Program-made: the position numbers and the translations under genes
Notes under the pieces: model-generated
Seen by the model: the letters and a program-made list of their open reading frames with translations, nothing else
Databases searched by the model: none
What the model was told of the DNA's origin: nothing
Shown: piece after piece, positions 21,000 to 31,009 of the stretch
Layout of the letters: each line of letters starts with the position of its first letter
How positions within the stretch are numbered: the stretch's first letter is position 1
DNA from: Chthonomonadales bacterium
Lineage (GTDB): Bacteria; Armatimonadota; Chthonomonadetes; Chthonomonadales; CAJBBX01
DNA: 64,000 nucleotides
Reading direction: 5' to 3'
Assembly (NCBI GenBank): GCA_037443035.1
Contig: JBBIPC010000003.1
Span: 58,951 to 122,950, forward strand

Positions 21000-22409
21000 A
21001 TGACATGGTTGACGGTAACTGCCGCCGTGCTCGTAGCCCTGGTGACGGTGCACTCCATCGTGCGAGCTTGGTGGCTGGAGAGGCTGCACGAAATGGCGCG
21101 AGCGACTATCCCCCACGACGAGCCGCTTCGGGCGATTCTTGGCCGTTCTCTCAAGAGTGCACAGGGCGAGGCTGTGCCAGCGTCCGAGCTCGCGGCTTAT
21201 GCGGGTGTGACAGCGGCCGAGCTCTTGTGGCATTGGGCCACCATTGACCACAGTGTTATCGAGGCGGCTGCTTTCTCATCCACCGAGCCGATCCACAATG
21301 GATTTGACTTCGCACAGTACATCCATGACCATTACGATAGTCTCACGGAAGCCGGCAAGCAGGGGTTCGCCGACCGGCTCATGGGCTACGTTGGCGAGCA
21401 GCACGTGGCAGACCTCCTCGCTGACCATTCCCATGCCGTGACGGTGGCAGACACATCCCATCAGGCCGTCTGGGATCTCCTCGTCGATGGCCACGCTGCT
21501 AATGTGAAGACGGTCGCCGATATCGCATCTATCAAGGCCGATGCGGCTGCCCATCCGCATGTCATCTACTACGTACCCGAAGATGCCCACGGCCATGCAG
21601 CAGACAATATCGTTCAGTTGGCGGGGTTCAAGCACGATGCAGCGGCCCAGGCCGTGCACGATAGCATCGATTCCGCTCACGGTGTCCTACATCACCTACC
21701 GTGGGTAACCATCGGGTTCGCCGTCTACCGGAACTACAGAGCTGTGCAGCAGGGCAAAGACATCGGAGTGGCCATCCACCATACCATTGCGGAGTCCATC
21801 GGACGCGGCACAGGTGTTCTCGTAGGTGCAAAGACCGGCGCAGTCATAGGCACTGCGCTCGGTGGCCCGATCGGCACGTTTCTCGGTGCTATAGTCGGAA
21901 GCATCACGGGAGGTCTTCTTGGCAACGCCGTGGTGAACGCATACAAGCAACGCCCGCTCATGCATGCGCTGGAGCGTCTCGAAAACGCCCTCGAGAGGTT
22001 TGGAGCCACCTATGCCAACAGGATCGAAGAGATTCGGGCCCTTGCTCGCGCGCCTCTGCAGAGGATGGAGGATGAGCTCCGACGGATCGCCGAGACAGTG
22101 GACCACCGAAAGCACTCCTGGCGCTGGTGGTTGTGGCCCGATTTCTATACAGTGCTGCTCGAAGAAGCCATGGCCGCAGGCGGCCGGTACCTGCAGAGAG
22201 CACGGGAAGATGCCCAGGCCGTCGAGAGCGTGCTGAATGACGCCGTCATCACGCGCCGCTACGCCAAGCTCGGAGCCCTTATGGCCAACTGCCCCATGGT
22301 GAGAGAGCGCCTGGGCTGCGACGAGGCCGCACTGGAGGCGGTATACAACGCACGCGAAGAGGTCCTCTTCCAGCGGAAGCAGCTCAACCCAAGTCTCGGC
22401 ACTGCGTAG
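21000..22409 (+). CDS. Hypothetical membrane-anchored protein with a PD-(D/E)XK-like segment and a glycine zipper
   Basis: GGAGG RBS; N-terminal TM helix; GYVGEQHVA...WDLLVDG...NVK; GxxxG-rich hydrophobic hairpin; helical C-terminus. Confidence 0.6.
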   Translation: MTWLTVTAAVLVALVTVHSIVRAWWLERLHEMARATIPHDEPLRAILGRSLKSAQGEAVPASELAAYAGVTAAELLWHWATIDHSVIEAAAFSSTEPIHNGFDFAQYIHDHYDSLTEAGKQGFADRLMGYVGEQHVADLLADHSHAVTVADTSHQAVWDLLVDGHAANVKTVADIASIKADAAAHPHVIYYVPEDAHGHAADNIVQLAGFKHDAAAQAVHDSIDSAHGVLHHLPWVTIGFAVYRNYRAVQQGKDIGVAIHHTIAESIGRGTGVLVGAKTGAVIGTALGGPIGTFLGAIVGSITGGLLGNAVVNAYKQRPLMHALERLENALERFGATYANRIEEIRALARAPLQRMEDELRRIAETVDHRKHSWRWWLWPDFYTVLLEEAMAAGGRYLQRAREDAQAVESVLNDAVITRRYAKLGALMANCPMVRERLGCDEAALEAVYNAREEVLFQRKQLNPSLGTA

Positions 22410-22532
22410 CGCGGCCGTGATGCGGGCGAGATGGGCCTGCCCTCTAGGCATGTCCATGCCACGTTGTCACAGGAAGCGCACGAGGTCGGGTAACTGATCA
22501 CCTAGCCGCTAGTCTGCTACAATCGCCGTACC

Positions 22533-23975
22533 ATGTCCTCAGCCGGCATGCTTCCCGAGTGTCACACGAAAATCATCGCCACCGTCGGTCCCGCTTGCGA
22601 CGATCGCGGCGTGCTCGAACGCATGATCCTGGCGGGCATGGACGTTGCCCGTCTGAACTTCTCGCATGGGACCTTCGACGATCATGCCCGCCGAATTGCG
22701 CGCGTTCGCGAGGCGGCCCAAGCGGTCGGTCGTCGTGTCACGCTCATGGCCGATCTGCCCGGCCCGAAGATGCGCATCGGTCGGCTGGAGCCCGACGTTG
22801 TGGTCCTGCGTCGTGATGACGAGTTCACATTGACGACGCGGGACGTGGTTGGAGGACATGACGTCGCACCTGTGCCACTACCCGAGTTCCCATCGCTGGT
22901 TCATGCCGGCGACCCCATCTTCCTGAACGACGGTCTGGTTCAGCTCCGTGTGGTACGCACCACGGCGACCGACGTCCTTTGCAGGGTAGAAGTGGGGGGT
23001 GAGCTCCGATCGCGGACAGGACTGAACCTGCCGGGGCTCAGTCTTTCCATCGAGGCGTTCACCGAGGCTGACCGTGCCGCTCTCGCCTTTGCCATGGAGC
23101 AGCGCGTCGAGGCGGTGAGCCAGTCCTTCGTGGAGCGTGCCTCCGACATCGAGGCGATTCGTCAGGCTGCCCACAAGATGGGAGCAGACCCGTTCATCAT
23201 CGCGAAGATCGAACGCGGAGCTGCTCTCCAACATGTTGACGATATCCTGAAGGTGGCCGACGGCATCATGGTTGCCCGCGGTGATCTTGGAGTGGAGATC
23301 CCCATCGAGCGGATCGCCTTGGTACAGAAGGAATTGGTCCGCAAGGCGAACCTGGCCGGGCGTCCGGTTATAGCTGCCACACAGCTACTCGAGTCCATGA
23401 CTTCCTCGCGTTTACCAACGCGTGCTGAGGCAACGGACGTTGCCAACGCCGTGCTGGACGGAGCTGACTGCTTGATGCTATCGGGAGAGAGTGCCGTGGG
23501 TGCGTTCCCCGTGGAGGCCGTTGCCATGCTCGCCAGCATCGCAGGTACCATCGAGGAGCTGAAGCCCTCCAATGTCGTGCGGGAGCATCTGACTCGACAG
23601 GCACGAGGATCGGAGCCCGAACTTCGTGACGTGGTGGCGGTCAGCGTGGGCGCCATGGTCGAGCAGTTCGATCCCGCGGCCATCGTCGTGCCTAGCAGAA
23701 CCGGCGCCACCGCACGAAGCATTGCCCGCTTCAGGCCGAGAGCATGGATTCTTGCCGTCAGTTCCGACGAGGCCACGTGCAGTGGTCTTCAGTTCAGCGC
23801 AGGCGTACATCCCATCTGGGAACCTGAGGAAATCAACGACTGGACCAGCTACATTCGCGACCGCATTCGCGGCAAGCTCGTGAATGGCGACCTGTTCATG
23901 CTTGCGGCGGGACCCTCGCCGTGCCATCCGGAAGCGAACCTCCGCGTCGAGGTCGTGGACCTTCGGAGCCGCTAG
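22533..23975 (+). CDS. pyk: Pyruvate kinase
   Basis: TKIIATVGPA, ARLNFSHG, DLPGPKMR, IAKIE, GIMVARGDLGVE, PTRAEATDVANA, MLSGESA. Confidence 0.96.
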   Translation: MSSAGMLPECHTKIIATVGPACDDRGVLERMILAGMDVARLNFSHGTFDDHARRIARVREAAQAVGRRVTLMADLPGPKMRIGRLEPDVVVLRRDDEFTLTTRDVVGGHDVAPVPLPEFPSLVHAGDPIFLNDGLVQLRVVRTTATDVLCRVEVGGELRSRTGLNLPGLSLSIEAFTEADRAALAFAMEQRVEAVSQSFVERASDIEAIRQAAHKMGADPFIIAKIERGAALQHVDDILKVADGIMVARGDLGVEIPIERIALVQKELVRKANLAGRPVIAATQLLESMTSSRLPTRAEATDVANAVLDGADCLMLSGESAVGAFPVEAVAMLASIAGTIEELKPSNVVREHLTRQARGSEPELRDVVAVSVGAMVEQFDPAAIVVPSRTGATARSIARFRPRAWILAVSSDEATCSGLQFSAGVHPIWEPEEINDWTSYIRDRIRGKLVNGDLFMLAAGPSPCHPEANLRVEVVDLRSR

Positions 23976-25558
23976 CGGGCAAGCCGCACAACGTAAGTGC
24001 TTACGGACCTTGGGGGGATCGTATCCTGCAAGCCCGCTTGTCGCGTCCAAAGTACCTTGAACGGTCGGCAGTTCCAGGCTGTTCCGTTGCTGTCGTCCAT
24101 GGTCCTCCACCCCTCCACGCTGAGAACCTTCATTGCCAGCGCCATGGGGTCGAAACTGACGGTACGCGGTTCCTTGCCATCGTGATGCACAACGATGACC
24201 AGGCGATCCCTCGTAGGCGATAGTGCCGCCACCGTCCAGAAGTCGCTGGTTTCCACGAAACGGTAACCTGGGCGGAGAAACCGGCTGTACTGCATCATGG
24301 CGTAGAACGCCTTGGAGATGATGAACTCGCCAGGTTGGTAGGTCCGGCCCTGCCACTCCATCGGTGTATCAGCAGCCGCCTGGATCAGACCGTACGTGAA
24401 GCGATACCACACGCAGTACTGTAGCGGCTCGACAGCCTGCCAGTAGACCCAGGCACTCGGCCGCAGGCGTGCGAGATCGCTGGCAATAGCCCTGGTCTGC
24501 GGTAGGGCACACCGCATGTCGTTGGGCACGTAGCCTGCGTTGTCCCATTCGCGATGGCTCACTTCCGACATCCACACAGACCCAATCCCCAGGCGCTGGC
24601 AAGCCTCTCTCAAGCGATCCTGACTCTCCCACCCGGAATAGGAGTGTACATTCACCCGGCCAATGGTCCGCTGGTCCAGCGCTCCCCTCGATGGATCCGT
24701 AAGCCACTCCAACGTGCTCAGCGCAGTCAACGCATCGTTCTCGTCGGAGCATGCAATGGTGCACCTCGATCCTTGGCGGTCCAACTCCCGACGTAGCGCC
24801 CTGAGCACGCGCGCCTGGGTTTCTGGCAGCATTCGACAGCCCTCCTGGCCATCCTTGTCAGCCCGCCACCACCAGGCTGACGGCTCGTTGAAGGGTTCCA
24901 GCGACGTGAACCGCACGCCGGCCGCCTTCTGCAGATCAGCCGCAACACGCACGAGCCAGTGGGCATACTCCTGCTCGCATTCGGGTTTCAGGTTCTCGCC
25001 ACCGTTGTCTCCGCCGTGGGTATCGCCGTTCCGGAGCATCCAGTACGGCGGAGAATTCACGAAGAGCTCGAACACGCTTGCACCGCAGCGCCTGGCTTGC
25101 CGTAGACACGCGATCTGGCCACGATCACGTTCGGGGTGGAACGTGCCATCGCGATCGAGGAGGACCTGGACTCTGCCGCCAGGTCGGAAGCGTATCGGAT
25201 CGGCATCGGGCGAAGTGCCGCCGGCGTTGTAGCGGACAACGTTCAGGCCCAAGCAGTCGGGAGCACGACCGAACAGCCGGCGGCAGACCTCGCGCTGAGC
25301 CTGTTCTGGCCAGTGCTCGGTGAAAACGCTCCACCAGGACAGACTGCAGCCGAAGCCATCCCACTGTCGAATCGTGACCGACTCTGGATGGATCGTGATA
25401 GTCTCGACGCCGCCGGCAGGAACCAGCATGGGAAGCACCACCAGGGCTGCGAGCAAGGACACTCCTCTCTTGCCGTAGCGTGTTTGCGCCCTCCGCAGCC
25501 GCGGAGTTGGCCCGTGCGCACCACTTGCCTCAGAGCGCTGGATGACGAGCGAGCTCAC
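23972..25558 (-). CDS. Glycoside hydrolase family 30 (endo-beta-1,6-galactanase-like)
   Basis: WDGFGCSLSWW, GLNVVRYNAGG, FVNSPPYWM, acid/base EPFNEP, QEGC, nucleophile WMSE; signal-like segment; GTGA overlap with the upstream gene. Confidence 0.8.
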   Translation of the reverse strand: MSSLVIQRSEASGAHGPTPRLRRAQTRYGKRGVSLLAALVVLPMLVPAGGVETITIHPESVTIRQWDGFGCSLSWWSVFTEHWPEQAQREVCRRLFGRAPDCLGLNVVRYNAGGTSPDADPIRFRPGGRVQVLLDRDGTFHPERDRGQIACLRQARRCGASVFELFVNSPPYWMLRNGDTHGGDNGGENLKPECEQEYAHWLVRVAADLQKAAGVRFTSLEPFNEPSAWWWRADKDGQEGCRMLPETQARVLRALRRELDRQGSRCTIACSDENDALTALSTLEWLTDPSRGALDQRTIGRVNVHSYSGWESQDRLREACQRLGIGSVWMSEVSHREWDNAGYVPNDMRCALPQTRAIASDLARLRPSAWVYWQAVEPLQYCVWYRFTYGLIQAAADTPMEWQGRTYQPGEFIISKAFYAMMQYSRFLRPGYRFVETSDFWTVAALSPTRDRLVIVVHHDGKEPRTVSFDPMALAMKVLSVEGWRTMDDSNGTAWNCRPFKVLWTRQAGLQDTIPPRSVSTYVVRLAR

Positions 25559-27081
25559 TTCCTAGCTAGCAGCACCCAGTCGTTCGCATCCGGAATGACA
25601 AAGGTACGCTTTGCGCCGCCGGTCACCTTGATGCGGTTGGCAACCTTGCCTGTTCGTGGATCGATCCAACTGGCTGTCAGGGTGCCAGTCACCTTCTCCA
25701 AGTTCAAGGTCACGGCGTCCCCTGATGGCGAATACGCCACGTAGCACTGCCCCTCGTCCGCCAGGCAGATGCCTGTACTCGAAGCTTCCGGCACAGGACT
25801 CATGCGCCAGTACGGCAACGACTGAATGAGATCGCCCATGACCTTCAGGAACGGAAACAGGCGCCCGGATGGCTTCGTGGCAGCACCAAGCTCGCTAAAG
25901 GTCTTGCCCACGTCACCACGACGCTGCCACCGACGTGGTGGCACGACCTCGTCGGCGTAGTTGATCTGGCCGCCGCTCAATGCTATCGTCCACGCGGCCT
26001 TTCGCATGTTATCTACGTCGAGACCCGCATCCTCCTGGTACAGGTTACCCTCCCATAGGCACTCGTGGGCCAGGATGGGTTTGGGCACGCGACGGTGGAG
26101 ACCGACGAACCATGTGTACTTCGTTGCGTTCCAGTCGGTGAGCTTGTCCTGCACCGTATGATAAGAGAACCACTCTGCCCTTTGAACCGTCACAGAGCTG
26201 GCCTTCAAGGAATGAACACTCGCGACGTGTCGGCCCGCATCTAGCTCCCTCAGACGCGCACCGACCCGGAGGATGTGCTCCTCTGAAAAGCCCTCTTCCC
26301 ATTCGGAGGTGGGCTGAAACGTCGCGTTCCAGTAACCACTCCATCGGGCCACCCAGTACCGCAAGAACAGGTCTTCGGCATCCCGCGTGGCTATCTTCGG
26401 CATGCCATTCGTGCCACCGAAGAGGTTGAACGGGATGAGCACCATTCCACGTCTGCCCATGGCCGCAACGACGCGGTCCAGCGCCCTCCACTCAGCCAAG
26501 TTGAAGCGACGAAAGTCCGTCTTGCCTCCGGCTCCGGTCTCCCATAGGATCCTGTCGGGCGGCAAGAGATGCGGGCCGACGATCGTGTTGAAGTGCTGAT
26601 TCTGCAGATACCGCAGCGTTCGGTCGAGGACCTCGGGCGACAGAGATTCGGCGTACCACAGATGAAAAGCCCGGACGTAGAAGGGTGTTCCATCGGCATG
26701 CTCGAACCATAGCGGGTTCTTCAACGACACCCGCAGTGGTCCATGCTCCCTCCCGCGGTTACAACGGAAGGCCCCGCTTCCGCCAGCAGCACCATCCGAG
26801 AACCGAGCCTCGTACCGCCACACGCCGAGTTCGTCAGGCATGAAACGTAGTCTCCAGGTTCCGTTGCCATCGTAGAAGCCCTCGGTGGTCATCCGCTGGC
26901 CAGACGGAGCCGTGAAGACCGCATCCAACGAGACCTCTGTGAAGGGATTCGCGTAGATGCGGCTGTTGCTGAAGGCTGTCTCGAACAGCCCCCATTTCGA
27001 GACAGACTGCTTCGGCGGCTCGGCCACCGCATGCGATGTGACCAGGGCGAGCACCGCAACGAACACCCCCCAGCCCACCAT
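25555..27081 (-). CDS. DUF5060 + DUF4038 (GH140/apiosidase-like) protein with a C-terminal collagen-binding-like domain
   Basis: Signal peptide; NPF..V.LDAVFTAPSG, GFYDG, WRLRFMP, FEHADGTPFY; C-terminal WIDPRTG...DWVLL. Confidence 0.72.
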   Translation of the reverse strand: MVGWGVFVAVLALVTSHAVAEPPKQSVSKWGLFETAFSNSRIYANPFTEVSLDAVFTAPSGQRMTTEGFYDGNGTWRLRFMPDELGVWRYEARFSDGAAGGSGAFRCNRGREHGPLRVSLKNPLWFEHADGTPFYVRAFHLWYAESLSPEVLDRTLRYLQNQHFNTIVGPHLLPPDRILWETGAGGKTDFRRFNLAEWRALDRVVAAMGRRGMVLIPFNLFGGTNGMPKIATRDAEDLFLRYWVARWSGYWNATFQPTSEWEEGFSEEHILRVGARLRELDAGRHVASVHSLKASSVTVQRAEWFSYHTVQDKLTDWNATKYTWFVGLHRRVPKPILAHECLWEGNLYQEDAGLDVDNMRKAAWTIALSGGQINYADEVVPPRRWQRRGDVGKTFSELGAATKPSGRLFPFLKVMGDLIQSLPYWRMSPVPEASSTGICLADEGQCYVAYSPSGDAVTLNLEKVTGTLTASWIDPRTGKVANRIKVTGGAKRTFVIPDANDWVLLARK

Positions 27082-27125
27082 GCCGTGCGTACCGGTGAAT
27101 GGGGCTTCGGCCTGGACCTCCGGCC

Positions 27126-27557
27126 CTAGAGATGCAGGATGTTCACATCTCCCCATTTGTGCCTGAGGTACTCGGCCACTAGCCTCCGATGGCACTTGTG
27201 TGCTAGGTCCTCGCTGCAGAGCAAGCACGCCTCATTGAAACGCTCTCGATCGAGGTTCTCCACCGCGCGATCTTTCATGAGCTCGATGAATCGGGCTGCG
27301 TAGCCTGGCCAATCCACGCGCCGTTTTCGATAGTCGGTCAACAGCTCCTGCGTGGGGGCGAGATCAGGAATGTGCTCGTACCCGATCTGCAGAATGGCCT
27401 CTAGGAAGAACTCCAGGTCATCTTTCTTGGCGAAACCGGCGAGCTGCGATACGTTGTTGAGGCGAACGTCCACGATCTTGCGCACACCGGCATTGCGAAG
27501 GCGATTGAAAAAGCACCTTGCCGTGGTTCCTGTGTACCCGATGGTAAAGATGTTCAT
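27126..27557 (-). CDS. DUF488 family protein
   Basis: IFTIGY, VDVRLNNVSQLAGFAK, LAPT, CLLCSE..AHKCHRRLVAEYL. Confidence 0.88.
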   Translation of the reverse strand: MNIFTIGYTGTTARCFFNRLRNAGVRKIVDVRLNNVSQLAGFAKKDDLEFFLEAILQIGYEHIPDLAPTQELLTDYRKRRVDWPGYAARFIELMKDRAVENLDRERFNEACLLCSEDLAHKCHRRLVAEYLRHKWGDVNILHL

Positions 27558-28183
27558 GCTCCAGGCCCCCTTCCCGCGTGGCGATGTCGCCGACGTGAGA
27601 CATCATATGCGATTCTCTCAGCTTGACGAGCGTACGCTTCGGCGACGATTTCTTCCCTGCTCCTGAAGAGATCGTACTCCGGCAGTCTCTGTTCTCGCAC
27701 CATCCGTCCCACAGTATCCTCGTGCTCCTCGAGACTGCCATCGGCAAGAATGTGCACGACTCTGACGTCAAGGGACGCCATATGCCGTGCGATGAGGAGT
27801 GTACGATGGCAGGATAGGGGATCCTTCTCGGCACACATGAGCGCTGGCGTGTGTTCTCTCAATAGCTGCAGAAGACGCCGCACACCTTCCCGAAACGGAA
27901 CGCTCGCCTCGACACGGTCGTACTCGACCCTGCCATCCTCATAGCACGCTGGGTCGCGCGGTCGTCCACCTAGCTCGTCGCCGAGATAGTAATACGCAAG
28001 GCCGCTGCGTGCCAGCAAGGCGCTGAACCGCTCCCTATCGAACTGCGGGTTGTGCTGGCTGTAAGGATGCGATCGTACGTCCACGATCGCCGTAACACCA
28101 TGCCTCCGTACCATGCGGACGAAATCCTCGGCCTGGTGGTTAGAGTGTCCGACGGTGTATAGAGTGCTCAACAGCCCGCTCAT
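27554..28183 (-). CDS. DUF488 family protein
   Basis: LYTVGHSNH, VDVRSHPYS, LGDELGGRP, LMCAEKDPLSCHR; GGAGG RBS; ATGA overlap with the downstream DUF488 gene. Confidence 0.88.
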   Translation of the reverse strand: MSGLLSTLYTVGHSNHQAEDFVRMVRRHGVTAIVDVRSHPYSQHNPQFDRERFSALLARSGLAYYYLGDELGGRPRDPACYEDGRVEYDRVEASVPFREGVRRLLQLLREHTPALMCAEKDPLSCHRTLLIARHMASLDVRVVHILADGSLEEHEDTVGRMVREQRLPEYDLFRSREEIVAEAYARQAERIAYDVSRRRHRHAGRGPGA

Positions 28184-28219
28184 GGACCACCCCTCCAAAG
28201 AGGCCGGCATCGCGTATCG

Positions 28220-28972
28220 TCAGCTCTCACGTGAGGACTCGTCGCGCAACAATGCGGCAAACTCCAAGCGTAGTCGATCTACAAACTCCTTGGTCCCAAG
28301 AGCCTGCGTGACACTCTGCGACGTGATGACTGCTGCAGCGAGCTTGTAGGCGTAGCCATGGAAGGGTTCTCCAAGACTGATGCACAGCAGCGCGTCGTCC
28401 ATAGAGTACACGCTCCCCGCTTCCCAGTCTTGCTTCCGAATCTGCGGATCGGTCACCACGAGCTTGTAGTGCTCGCCACAGAGATCGAACGAGGCTCGAA
28501 TACGTTGTTTGCTCCAGCCCCGCAGCTGTTCGTACGTGGCCTGGAGTTCCACATTCTCCGGCCGAACGAGGTACAGCGACCTCGATAAACCCCGCAGACA
28601 TTCCTCTGGCACTCGGTCATTGTACCCACCGGAGCTCGAGTCTCCGTTCAGCCACAGAGGTCCTTCGGGAGACTCGACAAGCTTCCCCAGTTCCTCGCAT
28701 GTCATGTAGCCAGCCCTCCTCCAATCACCGCTGGCTATCACGTGGTTCTCGGTGTGATGGCGGAAAGGTGCGTGGGAAGCAACGGGAACCTCGACGATGT
28801 GGGAAGGCAGAAACTGCCAGTAGTAACTCGTCGGCACAGGTCCCCCAGCTTCATCTGCTACCAGCCGGATCCACGGCCCGAAGCCCTGGTCGGTGACAAG
28901 CCGACCAGCCACACACCGGCCACCGTCCCGCTTCGAGTTCGCCAGACATACCAACTTCCGGTACTCCCCCAT
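28220..28972 (-). CDS. Dual OB-fold domain-containing protein
   Basis: CLANSKRDGGRCVAG, WIRLV, HHTEN, GDSSSGGYNDRVP, SLYLVRP, YKLVVTDP, LCISLGEPF.GYAYKLAAAVI; AAGGAGG RBS. Confidence 0.78.
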   Translation of the reverse strand: MGEYRKLVCLANSKRDGGRCVAGRLVTDQGFGPWIRLVADEAGGPVPTSYYWQFLPSHIVEVPVASHAPFRHHTENHVIASGDWRRAGYMTCEELGKLVESPEGPLWLNGDSSSGGYNDRVPEECLRGLSRSLYLVRPENVELQATYEQLRGWSKQRIRASFDLCGEHYKLVVTDPQIRKQDWEAGSVYSMDDALLCISLGEPFHGYAYKLAAAVITSQSVTQALGTKEFVDRLRLEFAALLRDESSRES

Positions 28973-29176
28973 ACGCTACCTCCTTCGCATGCATCTCACA
29001 TCCAATGGTGTGGTCATATTCGTGCGTGCGCATTCAAGAAGAGACTCGAAGGCAGTGGGCAACAAGCGGAAGAACCGATACAGACTCCCGCGAAAGAGAC
29101 TCGCGATCCATGCGGCGCCCATCTAGCGGAGCCGGTCGGAGGAAGGGGTTCGCGCAGCGACAAAAAGAGATGCGTG

Positions 29177-31009
29177 TTAGGACGAAGGAGTGCCGAGATC
29201 GAGCCGTCTGTGCCATCGGACGTGATCGCAGCGCCCGGCGGTATCCAGAGTCACATCCAGCGTGACGGCCGTTCCGGCCCGCAGCTTCTGGACCCCGAGG
29301 ACGTGCGCGGGTACGACCAGCGCGAGAGCATTGAACACTCCGCCCTCGGTTCCCTTGGCGGCAATCACCTGGACTTCGGAATCGCTGGATGTGGGCGGAC
29401 GGCCAGCGCCGTACCGCACTTCGACGATCCGTAATGGCCGGCCAACTCGAAGTCGTAGCATCGCCCGGTCGCACTCTGGGACACTCCCTGACCGGTATGC
29501 GGCATCCTCGATGAAGCCCATGGAGTGAATTCCCAGGTACAGCGCCTCCGGGGTCCACGTCGCATAGAGGTCCGCTACGGGCGCGCGCGTCGAAGGCGGG
29601 ATGAAGCCCGCGTCGCGATCCCAGCGCAGCATGGCTCGCAAGTACCTGAAATCCTCGAGCGGGTCCCCATCTGCCCGAGGTATCGCATGCGGGACCGAGG
29701 GAGCGTTCCTTGCGTCGGCGTGGACCCGCTCCAGGTTCAGGTTGAGAGCGGCTTCCACCATCTCGTCGTAGGGGACGTCGTGGATATCCACCAGCCCCAT
29801 GTTGTAATCTTCGCCATCCTCGCGACCGTGCGGCGGTTCGTCGTAGTACTGAAACCAGTCTGCCCCAACAACATAGGGGCGCAGGGCGAGTTCGGACAAC
29901 GTGCGTGCGAATCCCCGGGCTCTCTCCCGCTGATTCGCGACTACGGGGAAGCCTGAACTGCTGTTGCGGTTTCCGCTGCGGTTCTCGGTGGCGCACATGT
30001 AGAACTCCCCGACCTGGACCGGCTTACGGCAAAGCTCGTGGAGGGTGTCGAGATAGTATCGTGCGAAGGAACCATCGATCCAATGCGGGGTCAGGTTCGT
30101 CGAAATCACATCCACATACGGACGCGCGGCCAGTACCACCTCGGGGTAGTAGAAGGACTGGTAGCGGTCGCCCAGGACTAGGCAGGCGCCCGAACACTTG
30201 CGGATGGCCGACGCCGTCACCTCGTAGTAGCGTCGGGCCAGGAGACCGAGCAGACGGCGGTGAACTCGCGCTCCATTCCCACCTGGACGGAGATACAAGA
30301 TTCCGTGATGCTCGAACTCCTCGAACGAGGAGGCCCCCTCAGGATCGAAGTCCTTTTCGAGGCGGGACCAGCATCCCCCGTAGTGCCGTCTCAGGTACGA
30401 AACGACACGGCGCCTTTGGCCGCTTTCGGGAGGCATCCCGAGCGTCGTTTGCACAAGCACCGAGTTCCACCAGCCCAGCTCGTTGTCGGAATAGAAGCCA
30501 AGTAGTGATCTGGCTCCACGAACGTTCTCGATGGCCGCCCGTGCAGTCTCGTCCACCCTGGCAAGAACGGCCGGGTCCCACATGTCCAACCATGGTATGC
30601 CCGCCGTGGACCCAGCGTGGAGAACCGGTGCCATAGCCATTGCACCGCGGGCCTCGGCAATGAAGCTCGCGTAATCGCTCCAGCCACCGAGCGTGGTAAA
30701 TCCCCAGCTCCTCAGGCGCTCTTCTGTCGCGCGAACCCACGCGGCTTTCGTGCTGTAGTGTCGTGCGGCGCAGTACGACGGTCTCGCCGGGTTGTAGTCG
30801 GCCTCGGCCGAGCCCATGTTCACGCAGCAGACACCCAGCGAGAAAACGCGACGTCCGTCGGGCGCGACGTACCACCAGGTTTGGCCTTCTCGGCGGATGC
30901 GAAAGTTGCCCCCTTCCGGCAGGGAGGAACCTGGCTCGTGTGCACGGAGGCAGTATGCAACCATCAGCGATATGCCGATCGCTGTCAAGACTGCGGGGCT
31001 AGTTGTCAT
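29177..31009 (-). CDS. Secreted beta-agarase-like (GH50-related) glycoside hydrolase
   Basis: WWYVAPDG..FSLGV, RLRSWGFTTLGGWS, GFYSDNEL, GEFY, VVGADWFQYYDEP..GR.DGEDYNMGLVD; ATGA overlap with the lipoprotein gene. Confidence 0.72.
   Translation of the reverse strand: MTTSPAVLTAIGISLMVAYCLRAHEPGSSLPEGGNFRIRREGQTWWYVAPDGRRVFSLGVCCVNMGSAEADYNPARPSYCAARHYSTKAAWVRATEERLRSWGFTTLGGWSDYASFIAEARGAMAMAPVLHAGSTAGIPWLDMWDPAVLARVDETARAAIENVRGARSLLGFYSDNELGWWNSVLVQTTLGMPPESGQRRRVVSYLRRHYGGCWSRLEKDFDPEGASSFEEFEHHGILYLRPGGNGARVHRRLLGLLARRYYEVTASAIRKCSGACLVLGDRYQSFYYPEVVLAARPYVDVISTNLTPHWIDGSFARYYLDTLHELCRKPVQVGEFYMCATENRSGNRNSSSGFPVVANQRERARGFARTLSELALRPYVVGADWFQYYDEPPHGREDGEDYNMGLVDIHDVPYDEMVEAALNLNLERVHADARNAPSVPHAIPRADGDPLEDFRYLRAMLRWDRDAGFIPPSTRAPVADLYATWTPEALYLGIHSMGFIEDAAYRSGSVPECDRAMLRLRVGRPLRIVEVRYGAGRPPTSSDSEVQVIAAKGTEGGVFNALALVVPAHVLGVQKLRAGTAVTLDVTLDTAGRCDHVRWHRRLDLGTPSS

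Noticed and set aside
27126..28972. Calling the dual-OB/DUF488 cassette a mobile element
   Set aside because: No integrase, transposase, terminal repeats or target duplication seen, and spot checks showed no clear GC contrast
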